Assembly: GCA_016930515.1 (NCBI GenBank)
Contig: JAFGGO010000158.1
Location: 32,001-96,000 of the forward strand
Length of the DNA: 64,000 bases
Reading direction: 5' to 3'
Source of the DNA: Promethearchaeota archaeon
Lineage (GTDB): Archaea > Asgardarchaeota > Lokiarchaeia > Sigyniarchaeales > SOKP01
Shown here: positions 18,712-28,871 of the stretch, one piece after another
Numbering within the stretch: position 1 is the first letter of the stretch
Layout: the number at the start of each line of letters is the position of its first letter
Position numbers and translations under genes: made by a program
The notes under the pieces: generated by a model
The model's input: the letters and a program-made list of their open reading frames with translations, nothing else
The model's database searches: none
Told to the model about the DNA's origin: nothing

Positions 18712-19719
18712 TCAATTAATTGTGAATGGATGTAATAATTTATATATCTGGTCCTTTTCTTGGTTTGTAAGTTTTCTGGGATAATTAAAAAAGGGTCCTG
18801 AAGGTTTAGAAGTATAGTACGGACGATTACATCCAGGACACCCGGAAGTCATGAAAGCCACGCTCTCCTCGATTATCAATTTTAGTTCCACTTCCTTAAT
18901 TTTTATGCTTTTAAGTGTTCCATATTCGTCAAAAATAAAATCTCGGATTGATTTAATATCGTTCACTATTAAATACCTTCCCAACTGAATTTTTCTAAAA
19001 CTTAATATATCTGGTTGAGATCTATTTTCTAATTTGGTACCCTTAATAGGCGTGAAAGCGAATAAGGATACGAGAATTGATTTATCGTGCAAAACCTTTA
19101 TTAATCTCAAAATCTCTTCTTCAGATTCTCCCAAACCAACGATCAAGTGGGTGCTTACATGTCCTTTAGGAAAGATTTCCAATGCATTGTCCAAAGCATT
19201 CAAATGAGTGTCCCAAGCATACGGACCATTGTTTTTTCTACCTTTAATTTCTTCAAATATGGCGGGAGTGGAACCGTCTAAAGCGATTCCAATTCTATCA
19301 ACACCACCATCTTTAAGTTGCTGCATTTTTTCCTTATCTATAGGTGGGATTGCAACTGATATGGGTCCTGAAAAACCTTTCTTGAGTTTCCTTATAATTT
19401 CAATTACATCGTTAAAATTTTGGGGGTAATTGAGCGTTTGAACGCATGCTCTTTTAAAATTTCTTTCAGAAGGTAATTCTTTGAATTTTTCAACTACTTC
19501 ATCCATTGAATACGCAGGCCACGATATTCTCGATAATTTCTCTGTCGAGCTGTCTGAATTCCTTGATTGTGGACAAAAACCACAATTTGCACTACAACGA
19601 CCGATGATAAAGGTCATTAAATAACATGTAGTGGGCAATTCCTTGAAATTTTTATGATTTTCGAGACCTAAAACGGAGGCGCTTCCAACCGACACCCTAA
19701 TTTTCCCAGAGGTCATCAA
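18712..19719 (-). CDS. lipS2: Radical SAM lipoyl synthase subunit LipS2
   Basis: CSANCGFC plus the LipS2-type TSGCPGCNRP motif. Confidence 0.87.
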   Translation of the reverse strand: MMTSGKIRVSVGSASVLGLENHKNFKELPTTCYLMTFIIGRCSANCGFCPQSRNSDSSTEKLSRISWPAYSMDEVVEKFKELPSERNFKRACVQTLNYPQNFNDVIEIIRKLKKGFSGPISVAIPPIDKEKMQQLKDGGVDRIGIALDGSTPAIFEEIKGRKNNGPYAWDTHLNALDNALEIFPKGHVSTHLIVGLGESEEEILRLIKVLHDKSILVSLFAFTPIKGTKLENRSQPDILSFRKIQLGRYLIVNDIKSIRDFIFDEYGTLKSIKIKEVELKLIIEESVAFMTSGCPGCNRPYYTSKPSGPFFNYPRKLTNQEKDQIYKLLHPFTIN

Positions 19720-19776
19720 TATCTTCTATCTTTGAATTAAGATAAGTTTTTTTCTTAAACAACATGATTACAAGGT

Positions 19777-20874
19777 ATGAATGTGATATTTGTTGTCAAC
19801 TTCAATATTTACAAAAAAATTACGAAGATAAAAAATATTGGAGGAATTGAAACCAATACCAACGATGTCATTAGTGAACTCCTTCAAAGAGGTCATCGCG
19901 TTTGGGTGCCAGAGAGAAATCCTCAAGAGCCAGAATGGGTAAAAAAAGGAGAAGTAGATGTTGTTGCCGCGTCCACTTTCGATCCACTAACGTATCTCCA
20001 AGTGGGTAAATATAAAAAAAGGTTTAAACATCGGGCAGCTCTTGTGAGGCACGCTCATACTACGGTTGAGGACATGGTTGGAAACCTCCTTCCTGATAAG
20101 CCCATCTTTAATAAAATCCTTGAACTCTGGTTGAGAATACAATATGGTCCTGCACACTTGTTAATAACTCCGAGTAATTATTCCCGTCAATGTCTGCTCG
20201 GCATGCAGAAATCGTTAACTTATCCCATCCATGTCGTGAGTAACGGAATAAGAATCGAGAATTTTAAGGAAGAAAATGCACTGCGTCAAAATTTCAGGCG
20301 TTTTCTCAACGAAAAGTTCAAAGTACCTCCAGAATCAACCATAATACTCAATGTTGGGCTTAGTTGGAAGAAAAAAGGAGTGGATACCTTTTCAGAGATT
20401 GCACGTGCTTTTCCCGATTACTATTTTGTATGGGTTGGACCCATTAACAAGAATCCCGATATTGAAGAGGCCTTAAAACTTAAAAACGTTATATTTACGG
20501 GATTTTACGACGACATTCGGGAACCTTATTATGGTGCGGATGTGTTTTTAAACACTTCTAGGGTGGAAAACCAGGGCATTCCCTTGATTGAAGCTGCCAT
20601 ATGTAAGCTCCCCATCGTGGCTAAAGACTTACCGGCATACGATTGGGTCGAAAATGACGTGAGTTGTTTAAAAGCAAATGAAACGAATGAATTTATCGAA
20701 GCCATCGAGAAAATTACGAGTAACGAACAATTAAGAGTCAAAATCGCCAATAAGGCCCGTGAAATTGCGCTTGAAATCCACGATTTCAAGAAAATAGGAC
20801 AAAAAGTTGAAGATCTATATAAAAAAGCCATTAGAATAAAAAAAATTCACGATAAACTCCGAGCACGAGTGTAA
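19777..20874 (+). CDS. GT4 glycosyltransferase (glycolipid synthase-like)
   Basis: HAHTTVED, TPSNYS, VSNGI, KKG, FVWVG, ENQGIPLIEA. Confidence 0.88.
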   Translation: MNVIFVVNFNIYKKITKIKNIGGIETNTNDVISELLQRGHRVWVPERNPQEPEWVKKGEVDVVAASTFDPLTYLQVGKYKKRFKHRAALVRHAHTTVEDMVGNLLPDKPIFNKILELWLRIQYGPAHLLITPSNYSRQCLLGMQKSLTYPIHVVSNGIRIENFKEENALRQNFRRFLNEKFKVPPESTIILNVGLSWKKKGVDTFSEIARAFPDYYFVWVGPINKNPDIEEALKLKNVIFTGFYDDIREPYYGADVFLNTSRVENQGIPLIEAAICKLPIVAKDLPAYDWVENDVSCLKANETNEFIEAIEKITSNEQLRVKIANKAREIALEIHDFKKIGQKVEDLYKKAIRIKKIHDKLRARV

Positions 20875-21152
20875 TTTAATATGAAAACTGACATACACAT
20901 CCAAGGAAAACTTTAAAACTCGCTCTTTCCTTTTTAAATAATATCGTGCTTGTTAAAAATAACGTGTATTTAGGTTTCTACTTGATTTATTTGTTATATT
21001 TAATATAAAGCGTGATAATGATCCTTTTTCTTTTCAAGCTCTTGAGAAAGAAAAGCTTAGAAGAACTTAATTGAAAAAGATCATTTTAATGAATCAAGAT
21101 ACGAAACGATGAAAAATTCGGAAACAATAATCATTTGAAAAGGTTTCGCGAT

Positions 21153-23936
21153 ATGGTAGAATACGACCCTCGGAAGATAGAAGAAAAATGGCAATCTAAA
21201 TGGGAAAAGGATAAGATCTTTAAGGTAAGAAAGAATAAGAACAAAAAAAAATATTATGTCTTGGAGATGTACCCTTATCCCTCTGGAAAATTGCACATGG
21301 GACACCTTAGAAATTACACCATCGGAGACTGCGTTGCAAGGTACAAGCGAATGAACGGATTCAATGTCCTCTATCCAATGGGCTACGATTCGTTTGGAAT
21401 GCCCGCAGAAAATGCCGCAATAGATCACGGGACTAATCCCGAAGAATGGACAGATAAAAACATCGAAACCATGCAAGGTCAACAGAAAAGAATAGGTCTT
21501 TCGTACGATTGGTCCCGAATGGTCTATAGCCACGATCCACACTATTATAAGTACGACCAATGGTTTTTCTTGAAGATGCACGAAAAAGGCTTGGCTTACA
21601 AGCAAGAAAGTTATGTTAACTGGTGTCCCAAGTGCGCCACGGTTCTCGCAAACGAGCAAGCCCAAGGAGGAAAATGTTGGCGCTGCAATTCAATCGTTGA
21701 TCAGAAGTTTCTCACGCAATGGTTCTTGAAAATTCGAGATTACGCCGAGGAACTTCTAAAGGGACTCGATTCTGTGGATTGGCCTGATAAAGTTAAAATC
21801 ATGCAAAAGAATTGGATCGGTCGTTCAGAAGGATCCATCATCAAGTTTCCCATAGTTGGCGAAAAAAGGACCATTGACATATTCACGACGCGACCAGACA
21901 CGATTTTCGGGGTAACTTTCATGGTATTTGCGCCCGAACACCCTTGGATTCGCAAATGGGTTAAAGGAACGGAATATCAGGAAAAATTTGAAAGGTTTTA
22001 CGAAGAAGTAATGCGACAAAACAAGTTCGAACGTACTGATGCAGATATTGAAAAAAAAGGCATGTTTGTTGGAAAATACGCCATCAATCCAATGACTGAT
22101 GAAAAAGTCCCAATATACATTGGAAATTTCGTCATATATGAGTATGGCGCTGGTGCTGTCATGGCTGTCCCGGGTCACGATCAACGGGACTTTGAATTCG
22201 CAAGGGAATACGACATTCCAATAAAAGTTGTCATACAACCTCCCGATTACGAAATAAACCCTGAAAAAATGTCCAGGGCCTATGTAGCTGATGGTGTCTT
22301 GGTCAACTCTGGGGATTTTGACGGAATTGACAATCAAAACGCCATGGGGGCAATTACCAATAAGCTTGCCCAAAAAGGCACCGGTCAAGCGACGATCAAC
22401 TATAAGCTAAGAGATTGGGGAATATCTCGGCAAAGATATTGGGGGTGTCCCATTCCAATAATCTATTGCGATAAGTGCGGTACCGTGCCCGTGCCTTATG
22501 AAGATCTGCCTGTTCAATTGCCAAAAGATGTGTCTTTTACGGGTTCTGGGAATCCTCTCGAAACTAGCAAAGCTTACTTGAATGTAAAATGTCCACGATG
22601 TGGAAACAAGGCGCGTAGAGAAACGGACACGATGGACACCTTCGTCGACTCTTCGTGGTATTTCTTCGCATTTTGTGATCCTCGATCCAAGGATGTACCT
22701 TTTAGAAAGGATCAAGTAGATTATTGGGGCAATGTTGATCAATACATTGGTGGAATCGAGCACGCGGTATTGCACTTGATTTACGCTCGATTTTGGACGA
22801 AAGTTGGAAGGGATCTCGGACTCCATTCGCACGACGAACCGTTCCAACGATTGCTCACTCAAGGCATGATAAATAAATCTCATCCGTATTGCGAAAAATG
22901 CGACCGGTTCGCAATGAAAGCCGAAATGAACGATAAAAAATGCAAGCTATGTAATTCCGATTACGCTCTAAAAAGCGTTAAAATGAGCAAGAGTTACGGA
23001 AATACGGTTGATCCCACTACCATTATGAACCAGTACGGTGCTGATGCCGCTCGTTTTTTCATTTTATTTGGAGCAAGTCCCGAATCGGGCTTGGAATGGT
23101 CGGACGAGGGAGTAACCTTCGCTTCGAAATTCGTTAAAAAAATCTTCAAATTACTAACGGAAGCCCCCACACGTGTTAAAGAGAAGATAACGACGAGAGA
23201 TGTATTGATTGATTATCATCTTAATAAGACCATCAAGGAAGTTTCGCGCGATTTGGAAACAATCACCATTCGAAACTCAGTCAACACCATCGTACAATTT
23301 TCTTCTGAACTTGAAAAATACAAAAAAGAAGGGGTTGTAACGGAAATTTTTGAGCGATCTGCGAATCAGCTCGTAAAAATCCTTCACCCAATTGCCCCTC
23401 ATTTAACCGAAGAAATCTGGGAAAGTATGGGAAACGAGGATTATCTAAGCTTGCAATCGTGGCCTCTCCCAGACGAAAAAGTACTCACGGAAGAAAACGA
23501 GCACAAATGGATCTTCATGAACTCGCTTTTTGAAGATATCAACCACATCATGTTAATGCTGAAACGGGAAAAAATAGAAAAAATTACAATCATAATAGCG
23601 GCTAAATGGAAATTCGAGATGTATCCAAAGATGATGCAATTGATTGATAAGACGAAAAACCAAGGAGAAATTATCAAAACATTGATGAACGATTCTAAAT
23701 TAAAGCCTCAAGGAAAAATAATCAGTCAAATTGTTGGAAAAATCCTTAAAGGTATTGGGAAATATCCTAAATACTCCATGACGCAGGAAAACGAGAAGAA
23801 CTTTTACGACGAAATAAAACCAATCATTGGGAAGAAATACGATTGTAAAGCCGAAATGCTTATCGAAGAGAACGCCAAGGGCATCGATAAGGCCGTTCAA
23901 GCGCTTCCAGGAAAACCCGTGATAATTATTGAGTAA
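21153..23936 (+). CDS. leuS: Leucyl-tRNA synthetase
   Basis: PYPSGKLHMGH (HIGH), TTRPDT editing motif, RDWGISRQRYWG, KMSKS. Confidence 0.97.
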   Translation: MVEYDPRKIEEKWQSKWEKDKIFKVRKNKNKKKYYVLEMYPYPSGKLHMGHLRNYTIGDCVARYKRMNGFNVLYPMGYDSFGMPAENAAIDHGTNPEEWTDKNIETMQGQQKRIGLSYDWSRMVYSHDPHYYKYDQWFFLKMHEKGLAYKQESYVNWCPKCATVLANEQAQGGKCWRCNSIVDQKFLTQWFLKIRDYAEELLKGLDSVDWPDKVKIMQKNWIGRSEGSIIKFPIVGEKRTIDIFTTRPDTIFGVTFMVFAPEHPWIRKWVKGTEYQEKFERFYEEVMRQNKFERTDADIEKKGMFVGKYAINPMTDEKVPIYIGNFVIYEYGAGAVMAVPGHDQRDFEFAREYDIPIKVVIQPPDYEINPEKMSRAYVADGVLVNSGDFDGIDNQNAMGAITNKLAQKGTGQATINYKLRDWGISRQRYWGCPIPIIYCDKCGTVPVPYEDLPVQLPKDVSFTGSGNPLETSKAYLNVKCPRCGNKARRETDTMDTFVDSSWYFFAFCDPRSKDVPFRKDQVDYWGNVDQYIGGIEHAVLHLIYARFWTKVGRDLGLHSHDEPFQRLLTQGMINKSHPYCEKCDRFAMKAEMNDKKCKLCNSDYALKSVKMSKSYGNTVDPTTIMNQYGADAARFFILFGASPESGLEWSDEGVTFASKFVKKIFKLLTEAPTRVKEKITTRDVLIDYHLNKTIKEVSRDLETITIRNSVNTIVQFSSELEKYKKEGVVTEIFERSANQLVKILHPIAPHLTEEIWESMGNEDYLSLQSWPLPDEKVLTEENEHKWIFMNSLFEDINHIMLMLKREKIEKITIIIAAKWKFEMYPKMMQLIDKTKNQGEIIKTLMNDSKLKPQGKIISQIVGKILKGIGKYPKYSMTQENEKNFYDEIKPIIGKKYDCKAEMLIEENAKGIDKAVQALPGKPVIIIE

Positions 23937-24117
23937 TCTCCAAAAATTTAATTTCTTTATACTTATTTGTCGAATATGATGTGAAGTAATTTAAAAGAAG
24001 GAAATCATGCCCATTTTTCGAATCAAGTTTTAAATACTTACGATCATTAATAACCATCACACAAATCTAATGGTTTTTAAACTTTTAATTCAACCATTAA
24101 AAAAAAAAAAATGCAAA

Positions 24118-27099
24118 ATGATAAAAATGACAAAAACATGTTTAAAAAAGCGAACATTAGCCCTAATAGCTTTTTGTTCGTTATCGCTTTTAGGGATATT
24201 CCAGCTTAGCTTTTCGGTTGTCGCAGCTGAACAAGAAGGAACGGGGGCAGAAATTAACGTCACAGCCACCGATCCCTGGGGGTATGCCGCTTTTGTTCCA
24301 ACAACAAACCATTACGCTTACGCAGTATATCAAGGAACCAATCAGGCGGGATTTAGATTGTTTAATTGGCTTGAAGGTTCTGTTTATACAGAATCTATGA
24401 GTTATCCTGGATTAGACATTTCTGAATATTATCCTCGAATTGAGGACGATTTATTGCTTGATAGTACCACGAACCTTCCCTACATCGATCCTTGGAACGA
24501 TGTGAGGTGGCTAGAGGTTAACGCTGGAACTTCAGAAAATTCTACCATCAGTCCATTTGAAGCGAACGCAGTTTACAATCGATTTACCATGACAGAAGGT
24601 TCCTCGTTAGCGGTTGAAGTTGAGCAATACCTGCCCATCGAAGTCGACATAGCAATTACTAGCACGGGGCCTAAAGCGCTCAAGGTTGATTTTCTTGACG
24701 ACGATGCGGTTGGAAGCTTTTCAAGTTCGAGACTAGTATCGCCATCGGGAGACCTGCTGGGCTCCTCTCTTGTTCCCGTGACTTATAACGCTATGTTTGG
24801 GGGAGTAACACAATTTTACTACATTCCTTTCGTTGCTCACGAAACTGGAACCTATCGTTTATTACTTCATTCCACATCCACTCTCACGGGATTTTTGAAA
24901 TTGGAATTTGTTAGCGTTGGAAAGGCATCCATTTCTCGCAACACGCTTACGACCGTTGGAAATTCTGACAATAATCCAAATGTTCAAGAAATGTTTGACG
25001 ATACTTGGAGGATGGATTGGTATTCGATAAGTGGAAGCAAGGGTGATAAAATCACTCTTCAATACGGTTGGGATTATTTTGTTGCAGCACCAACGATACT
25101 ACTCTGGCAGCAGATGCCAAACGGTGTCTATGTGCCCACTGATATCTCGGGAGTAACTGATAAAATTCCGATTTGTTTCCTTGAATCGACCAATGTATAT
25201 GTCACCGTGGATCCCGGTATGAATGGAATAATGTATCGATTATCGATGCTCGCAAAAACCGTTCCAATTACCGATTACACGATCGGAGAAGACCTTAGCA
25301 TCGAAACCACGAGGGGCGAATACAAAGCGGTTAGCTTCAGGATAAGAGAAAGTTCGTTCGTGAGGTTCAACTACTCGACCTCCGGTTCAGGATTACCCAC
25401 TCCACCGAGCAGTTTCATCTACATTGATTCGAGCGAACTAAACGTTGAGCCCACGGTTGATCCCATTGATACAAAGACTGGTATGTACGGAGAAACCTAC
25501 GATTATTATTACTTGCTTCCAGGGGAATACGAATTCTTCGTGGTGAGTAGTGATACTAGTTATAATGGTATCTTCGAGATCAGTTCGACGATCGTTGAAG
25601 AAGACTCGACCGTGATTCCCATTACTGATATGAGTTATGGTATGGGTTGGACCGATATATCTATGGCAGGTATCACATTTGAAGAAGATCCGTACGAATA
25701 TTATATCAGGCAGGGATTGTGGACAACAGTAGAAATTACCGAAGATGGACAATATTTTTTCGTGGCGAACATCACGAATAGCGATAATTCCATACCAACT
25801 TCTGTTGCTCCGTCGCATGTCATCGCTTACAACTACACGAGCGATGAATATGTCGATGTCACGGCACAAGCGCTCGCCTTGGACGGGTCTACTTTCGAAA
25901 CCTTTCAAAATACAAACGATCGCCTTTACATTGCCTATACTGACAAGTGGCACGACATGGAATTTAACCTGACCGTGGCTGGATCGGGTACTGCCGAATC
26001 CATGTATGTATGGGACGGTGCTTGGTCCGGTATCACGCGCACCGATACTACTAATAATTTCCAGGATAACGGATCGATGGTCTTAAGCTATGCAGATGGA
26101 GATTATCTCGATTGGATCAGGGGTCAGGGCACCTTCGACCTTCCGAGCTTGGAAGAGAACGATTTTTACTGGATTCGAATTAATTGTGGGACATCGTCTC
26201 CTGTATTCGACTATATCAGGCTTTCTAATGTCACAATAGAACCCGCTCTCAATTATGTGTTGTTACAAGATAGTGAGTATGTGTATGGCGATTACCTACT
26301 TGACACACCTATTGCGATATATGATTTTGACGATTGGTTGATCAGTCCGACTCCAGGTTACGAACTCGATACGGGACTATCACAAGTATTGGCTTCTTCG
26401 TTTTTAAACGCAGGAACCTACAAGTTATTGCTGATTCCGGAAGATTGTCCAAGAATGGGAAGTGTAACGCTACGATTAGGCTTATATAATACAATTGGAG
26501 CGACGCGCCAGTCTAGTTATACTACCTCAATTCCAGTGCCCATCATACACGATTTTAATATGACAACTGGTATCACGGATAGCACGCATCCTTACAACTA
26601 TACGACATATCCTTTTAATATTAATCCCGCTCCGTTTAACGCAACATTATATGCTAATAGCTTGGTGATAGAATGCACTGGAGGGACGGAATACGCTTGG
26701 ACGCAATTATTTGCAACCGTGGAAAACGCTACATTCTCTCAAGTTCAGATCTGGCAGGATCTTGATTGGCAGAGCGGAGCAGGACCCGCAGGTGATTATA
26801 ACTCCATATATAATGGTGCTGGTGTTACTACTTTTGCGGACGAGTTTGGAGTGTTTTTAGATCACTTCTATTTAGTCTTTTTCTACACTCCCACTGTGCC
26901 GTTGAACGACTTGGTAGAATTTAAGATCGGGTTAAGCCAATACGACACGCCGATCTTTACGACCGCAGATAGAACGGTGAGCACGCCTGCTCCTGGAATT
27001 CCAACGGAGACTATCGTGTTCATCGTTGTTGGGGTAGGTATTGGAGCTGGAGCTGTCATCGTCGTCGCTTACGTCTATAAGAAAAGGAAAGGCGTCTAA
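24118..27099 (+). CDS. Large secreted, C-terminally anchored cell-surface protein (beta-sandwich repeats)
   Basis: Signal peptide, PPC-like G.Y.hhh repeats, sequons, C-terminal TM plus KKRK. Start uncertain (24070, 24118 or 24127). Confidence 0.75.
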   Translation: MIKMTKTCLKKRTLALIAFCSLSLLGIFQLSFSVVAAEQEGTGAEINVTATDPWGYAAFVPTTNHYAYAVYQGTNQAGFRLFNWLEGSVYTESMSYPGLDISEYYPRIEDDLLLDSTTNLPYIDPWNDVRWLEVNAGTSENSTISPFEANAVYNRFTMTEGSSLAVEVEQYLPIEVDIAITSTGPKALKVDFLDDDAVGSFSSSRLVSPSGDLLGSSLVPVTYNAMFGGVTQFYYIPFVAHETGTYRLLLHSTSTLTGFLKLEFVSVGKASISRNTLTTVGNSDNNPNVQEMFDDTWRMDWYSISGSKGDKITLQYGWDYFVAAPTILLWQQMPNGVYVPTDISGVTDKIPICFLESTNVYVTVDPGMNGIMYRLSMLAKTVPITDYTIGEDLSIETTRGEYKAVSFRIRESSFVRFNYSTSGSGLPTPPSSFIYIDSSELNVEPTVDPIDTKTGMYGETYDYYYLLPGEYEFFVVSSDTSYNGIFEISSTIVEEDSTVIPITDMSYGMGWTDISMAGITFEEDPYEYYIRQGLWTTVEITEDGQYFFVANITNSDNSIPTSVAPSHVIAYNYTSDEYVDVTAQALALDGSTFETFQNTNDRLYIAYTDKWHDMEFNLTVAGSGTAESMYVWDGAWSGITRTDTTNNFQDNGSMVLSYADGDYLDWIRGQGTFDLPSLEENDFYWIRINCGTSSPVFDYIRLSNVTIEPALNYVLLQDSEYVYGDYLLDTPIAIYDFDDWLISPTPGYELDTGLSQVLASSFLNAGTYKLLLIPEDCPRMGSVTLRLGLYNTIGATRQSSYTTSIPVPIIHDFNMTTGITDSTHPYNYTTYPFNINPAPFNATLYANSLVIECTGGTEYAWTQLFATVENATFSQVQIWQDLDWQSGAGPAGDYNSIYNGAGVTTFADEFGVFLDHFYLVFFYTPTVPLNDLVEFKIGLSQYDTPIFTTADRTVSTPAPGIPTETIVFIVVGVGIGAGAVIVVAYVYKKRKGV

Positions 27100-27145
27100 A
27101 TATCAAATACTAAATTTTTAACTTTTTTTTTTACAATTTTTTTAA
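27100..27145 (+). terminator. T-rich archaeal terminator
   Basis: Long poly-T runs directly after the stop codon. Confidence 0.45.
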
Positions 27146-27283
27146 AATACAAATTTTTCTGATTTACGAGTTATCATCAAAATATCTTTTGAACCTATAA
27201 TTTGTTTTAACATTAAAAAGAACGATTAAAATAAGAAGATGTTTTTACAAGAGAGGAATATTATTATAATATAAAGGTTATCT

Positions 27284-27898
27284 ATGATATCAATGGTAGA
27301 AGATTTTAACTTAAAGGAACATGTGTTCTTTTTTGGCATAGGAAGGTACCAAGCCAACGATACCTTTTTCAATTGGGAGTCAATGAAATATCCTAAATCG
27401 AGCTATTTCGAGTTAAAGCTCACCAGAAACGCCCCAGCAAAAAATGAATTTTATTGCGTGAATAGGGACGATGTAAAACTGGTATATTATGTTCACGGGG
27501 ATACCGACGCAGTTTTTACCATTGGGGCGCGACCCATCGTGCAATCGCAGACGTTAGAAGCCCTCATCGAACATTTAATCGAGCAATTCTTTGACATGTA
27601 TGATAGTTCCCTTCTATATTCTTGTTATGGAGATACTTGCCATATTTTTAACGCATTTGATTCTATCATCAAGAATGCTCTTGAAAACTTCAAAAAACTT
27701 GATTTGGTTAAATTCGCTCGCGTGAACTGCTCGCTTTGCCAAAAAACAATCGTAGTTATCGTAAAAAAATCAATAATTGAAAACTCGAAAAAAACTACCA
27801 TACCTTTTGTTTACGTGCATTCTGGGCACTCAATTTTAATCTATTTCGACCGAAATTTTAAAATTCGTGGAAGCGAATTCGTGACGCTTTCTTATTGA
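27284..27898 (+). CDS. Hypothetical protein: possible longin-like N-domain plus C-terminal CxxC/HxxH domain
   Basis: CSLC...YVHSGHSILIYFD; N-terminal beta-beta-helix pattern (LIEHLIEQFFDMY). Confidence 0.5.
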   Translation: MISMVEDFNLKEHVFFFGIGRYQANDTFFNWESMKYPKSSYFELKLTRNAPAKNEFYCVNRDDVKLVYYVHGDTDAVFTIGARPIVQSQTLEALIEHLIEQFFDMYDSSLLYSCYGDTCHIFNAFDSIIKNALENFKKLDLVKFARVNCSLCQKTIVVIVKKSIIENSKKTTIPFVYVHSGHSILIYFDRNFKIRGSEFVTLSY

Positions 27899-27990
27899 AT
27901 TCTGTCATTTTCTCATCAGATCAAATGCAAAAATTTTAATGATCGAAGCTTTACCTTTAGTCTAAGACGATAGAGGTAAACCAACAACAA

Positions 27991-28866
27991 ATGACTATTT
28001 TCGAATTAAGCATTATAAGCACGACGGGACATCCGTATTACAATGTAAAACTTAACGACATTCCAGAAGGAGTGATAGTTAGTCTTAGGTTCTTTGATTT
28101 TTCTCATGAACTTGACGAAGATGAGCTAATCGATCCTGAATCTCGTGCTGAACTCACGGCAGGGTTAATATCTGCCTTGTTTGAATTTTCTCGAGCTATT
28201 GATAAAAAAATTCACGCATTGGAATTTCAATCTCGAAGTGTATCAAAAAATATCAACATCCCTCCTCCTGAGAACGCATCCGATACGCTCATCACGTGCA
28301 TGTCTGAATCGTTCCTCAACAAGAATGCCATAAAAAAAAAAATAACACTATTATATCATGCTGTTATCGAACCTAAAATCCCTCTTATAACGGCTGACGA
28401 ATTACTAACGCCGGAACAGGACTTGATCTGGAATATATTAACTGACAATGACGCGAGAACTCATTTTAAAAATAAGGAAAAGATTTTTTCCAAGGTTGCT
28501 AACGAAATTATAATGGAATACAGGAACACTCGTCTCGAAGGAATTTGCGTTTTTTCCTTTGATTATTCCATTTTAGGAATTTATGGTTCAAAATATTCCT
28601 TGGAAGCCATTACCACCATTTTAAGAGACCTTAAGGAATTACCCGAGGTAATTCCACGCCATTCAAAGGTTATTAGCTTTAATTTCCAAGAAGAAGATTC
28701 CTACTTGATTTTCATGCATTCGGGTATCGAAATTACCATCGAAATTTTAACAGATAAATTGTTTGAACCCTTTTATTATTGTTATATATGCAATTCTAAG
28801 GTTATAGATGATGATGTTGTAAATAAAATAACAAGACAATTGAACGATGTCTTGGAGGGAATATAA
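27991..28866 (+). CDS. Longin-like domain protein (possible second roadblock/longin module)
   Basis: IFELSIISTTGHPYY and LTAGLISALFEFSRAI match the longin beta1-beta2-alpha1 pattern. Confidence 0.55.
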   Translation: MTIFELSIISTTGHPYYNVKLNDIPEGVIVSLRFFDFSHELDEDELIDPESRAELTAGLISALFEFSRAIDKKIHALEFQSRSVSKNINIPPPENASDTLITCMSESFLNKNAIKKKITLLYHAVIEPKIPLITADELLTPEQDLIWNILTDNDARTHFKNKEKIFSKVANEIIMEYRNTRLEGICVFSFDYSILGIYGSKYSLEAITTILRDLKELPEVIPRHSKVISFNFQEEDSYLIFMHSGIEITIEILTDKLFEPFYYCYICNSKVIDDDVVNKITRQLNDVLEGI

Positions 28867-28871
28867 TCAGT

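Noticed and set aside
16842-19719. Radical SAM genes as biotin synthase (BioB) or classical LipA
   Set aside because: They carry LipS1/LipS2-specific motifs, lack the LipA CX4CX5C motif and flank a lipoate ligase.
21081-22883. Long antisense ORFs (194, 187 and 158 aa) opposite leuS, and similar shadow ORFs elsewhere (e.g. 25438-25953, 45664-46083)
   Set aside because: They overlap confident genes on the opposite strand and show no recognisable motifs.
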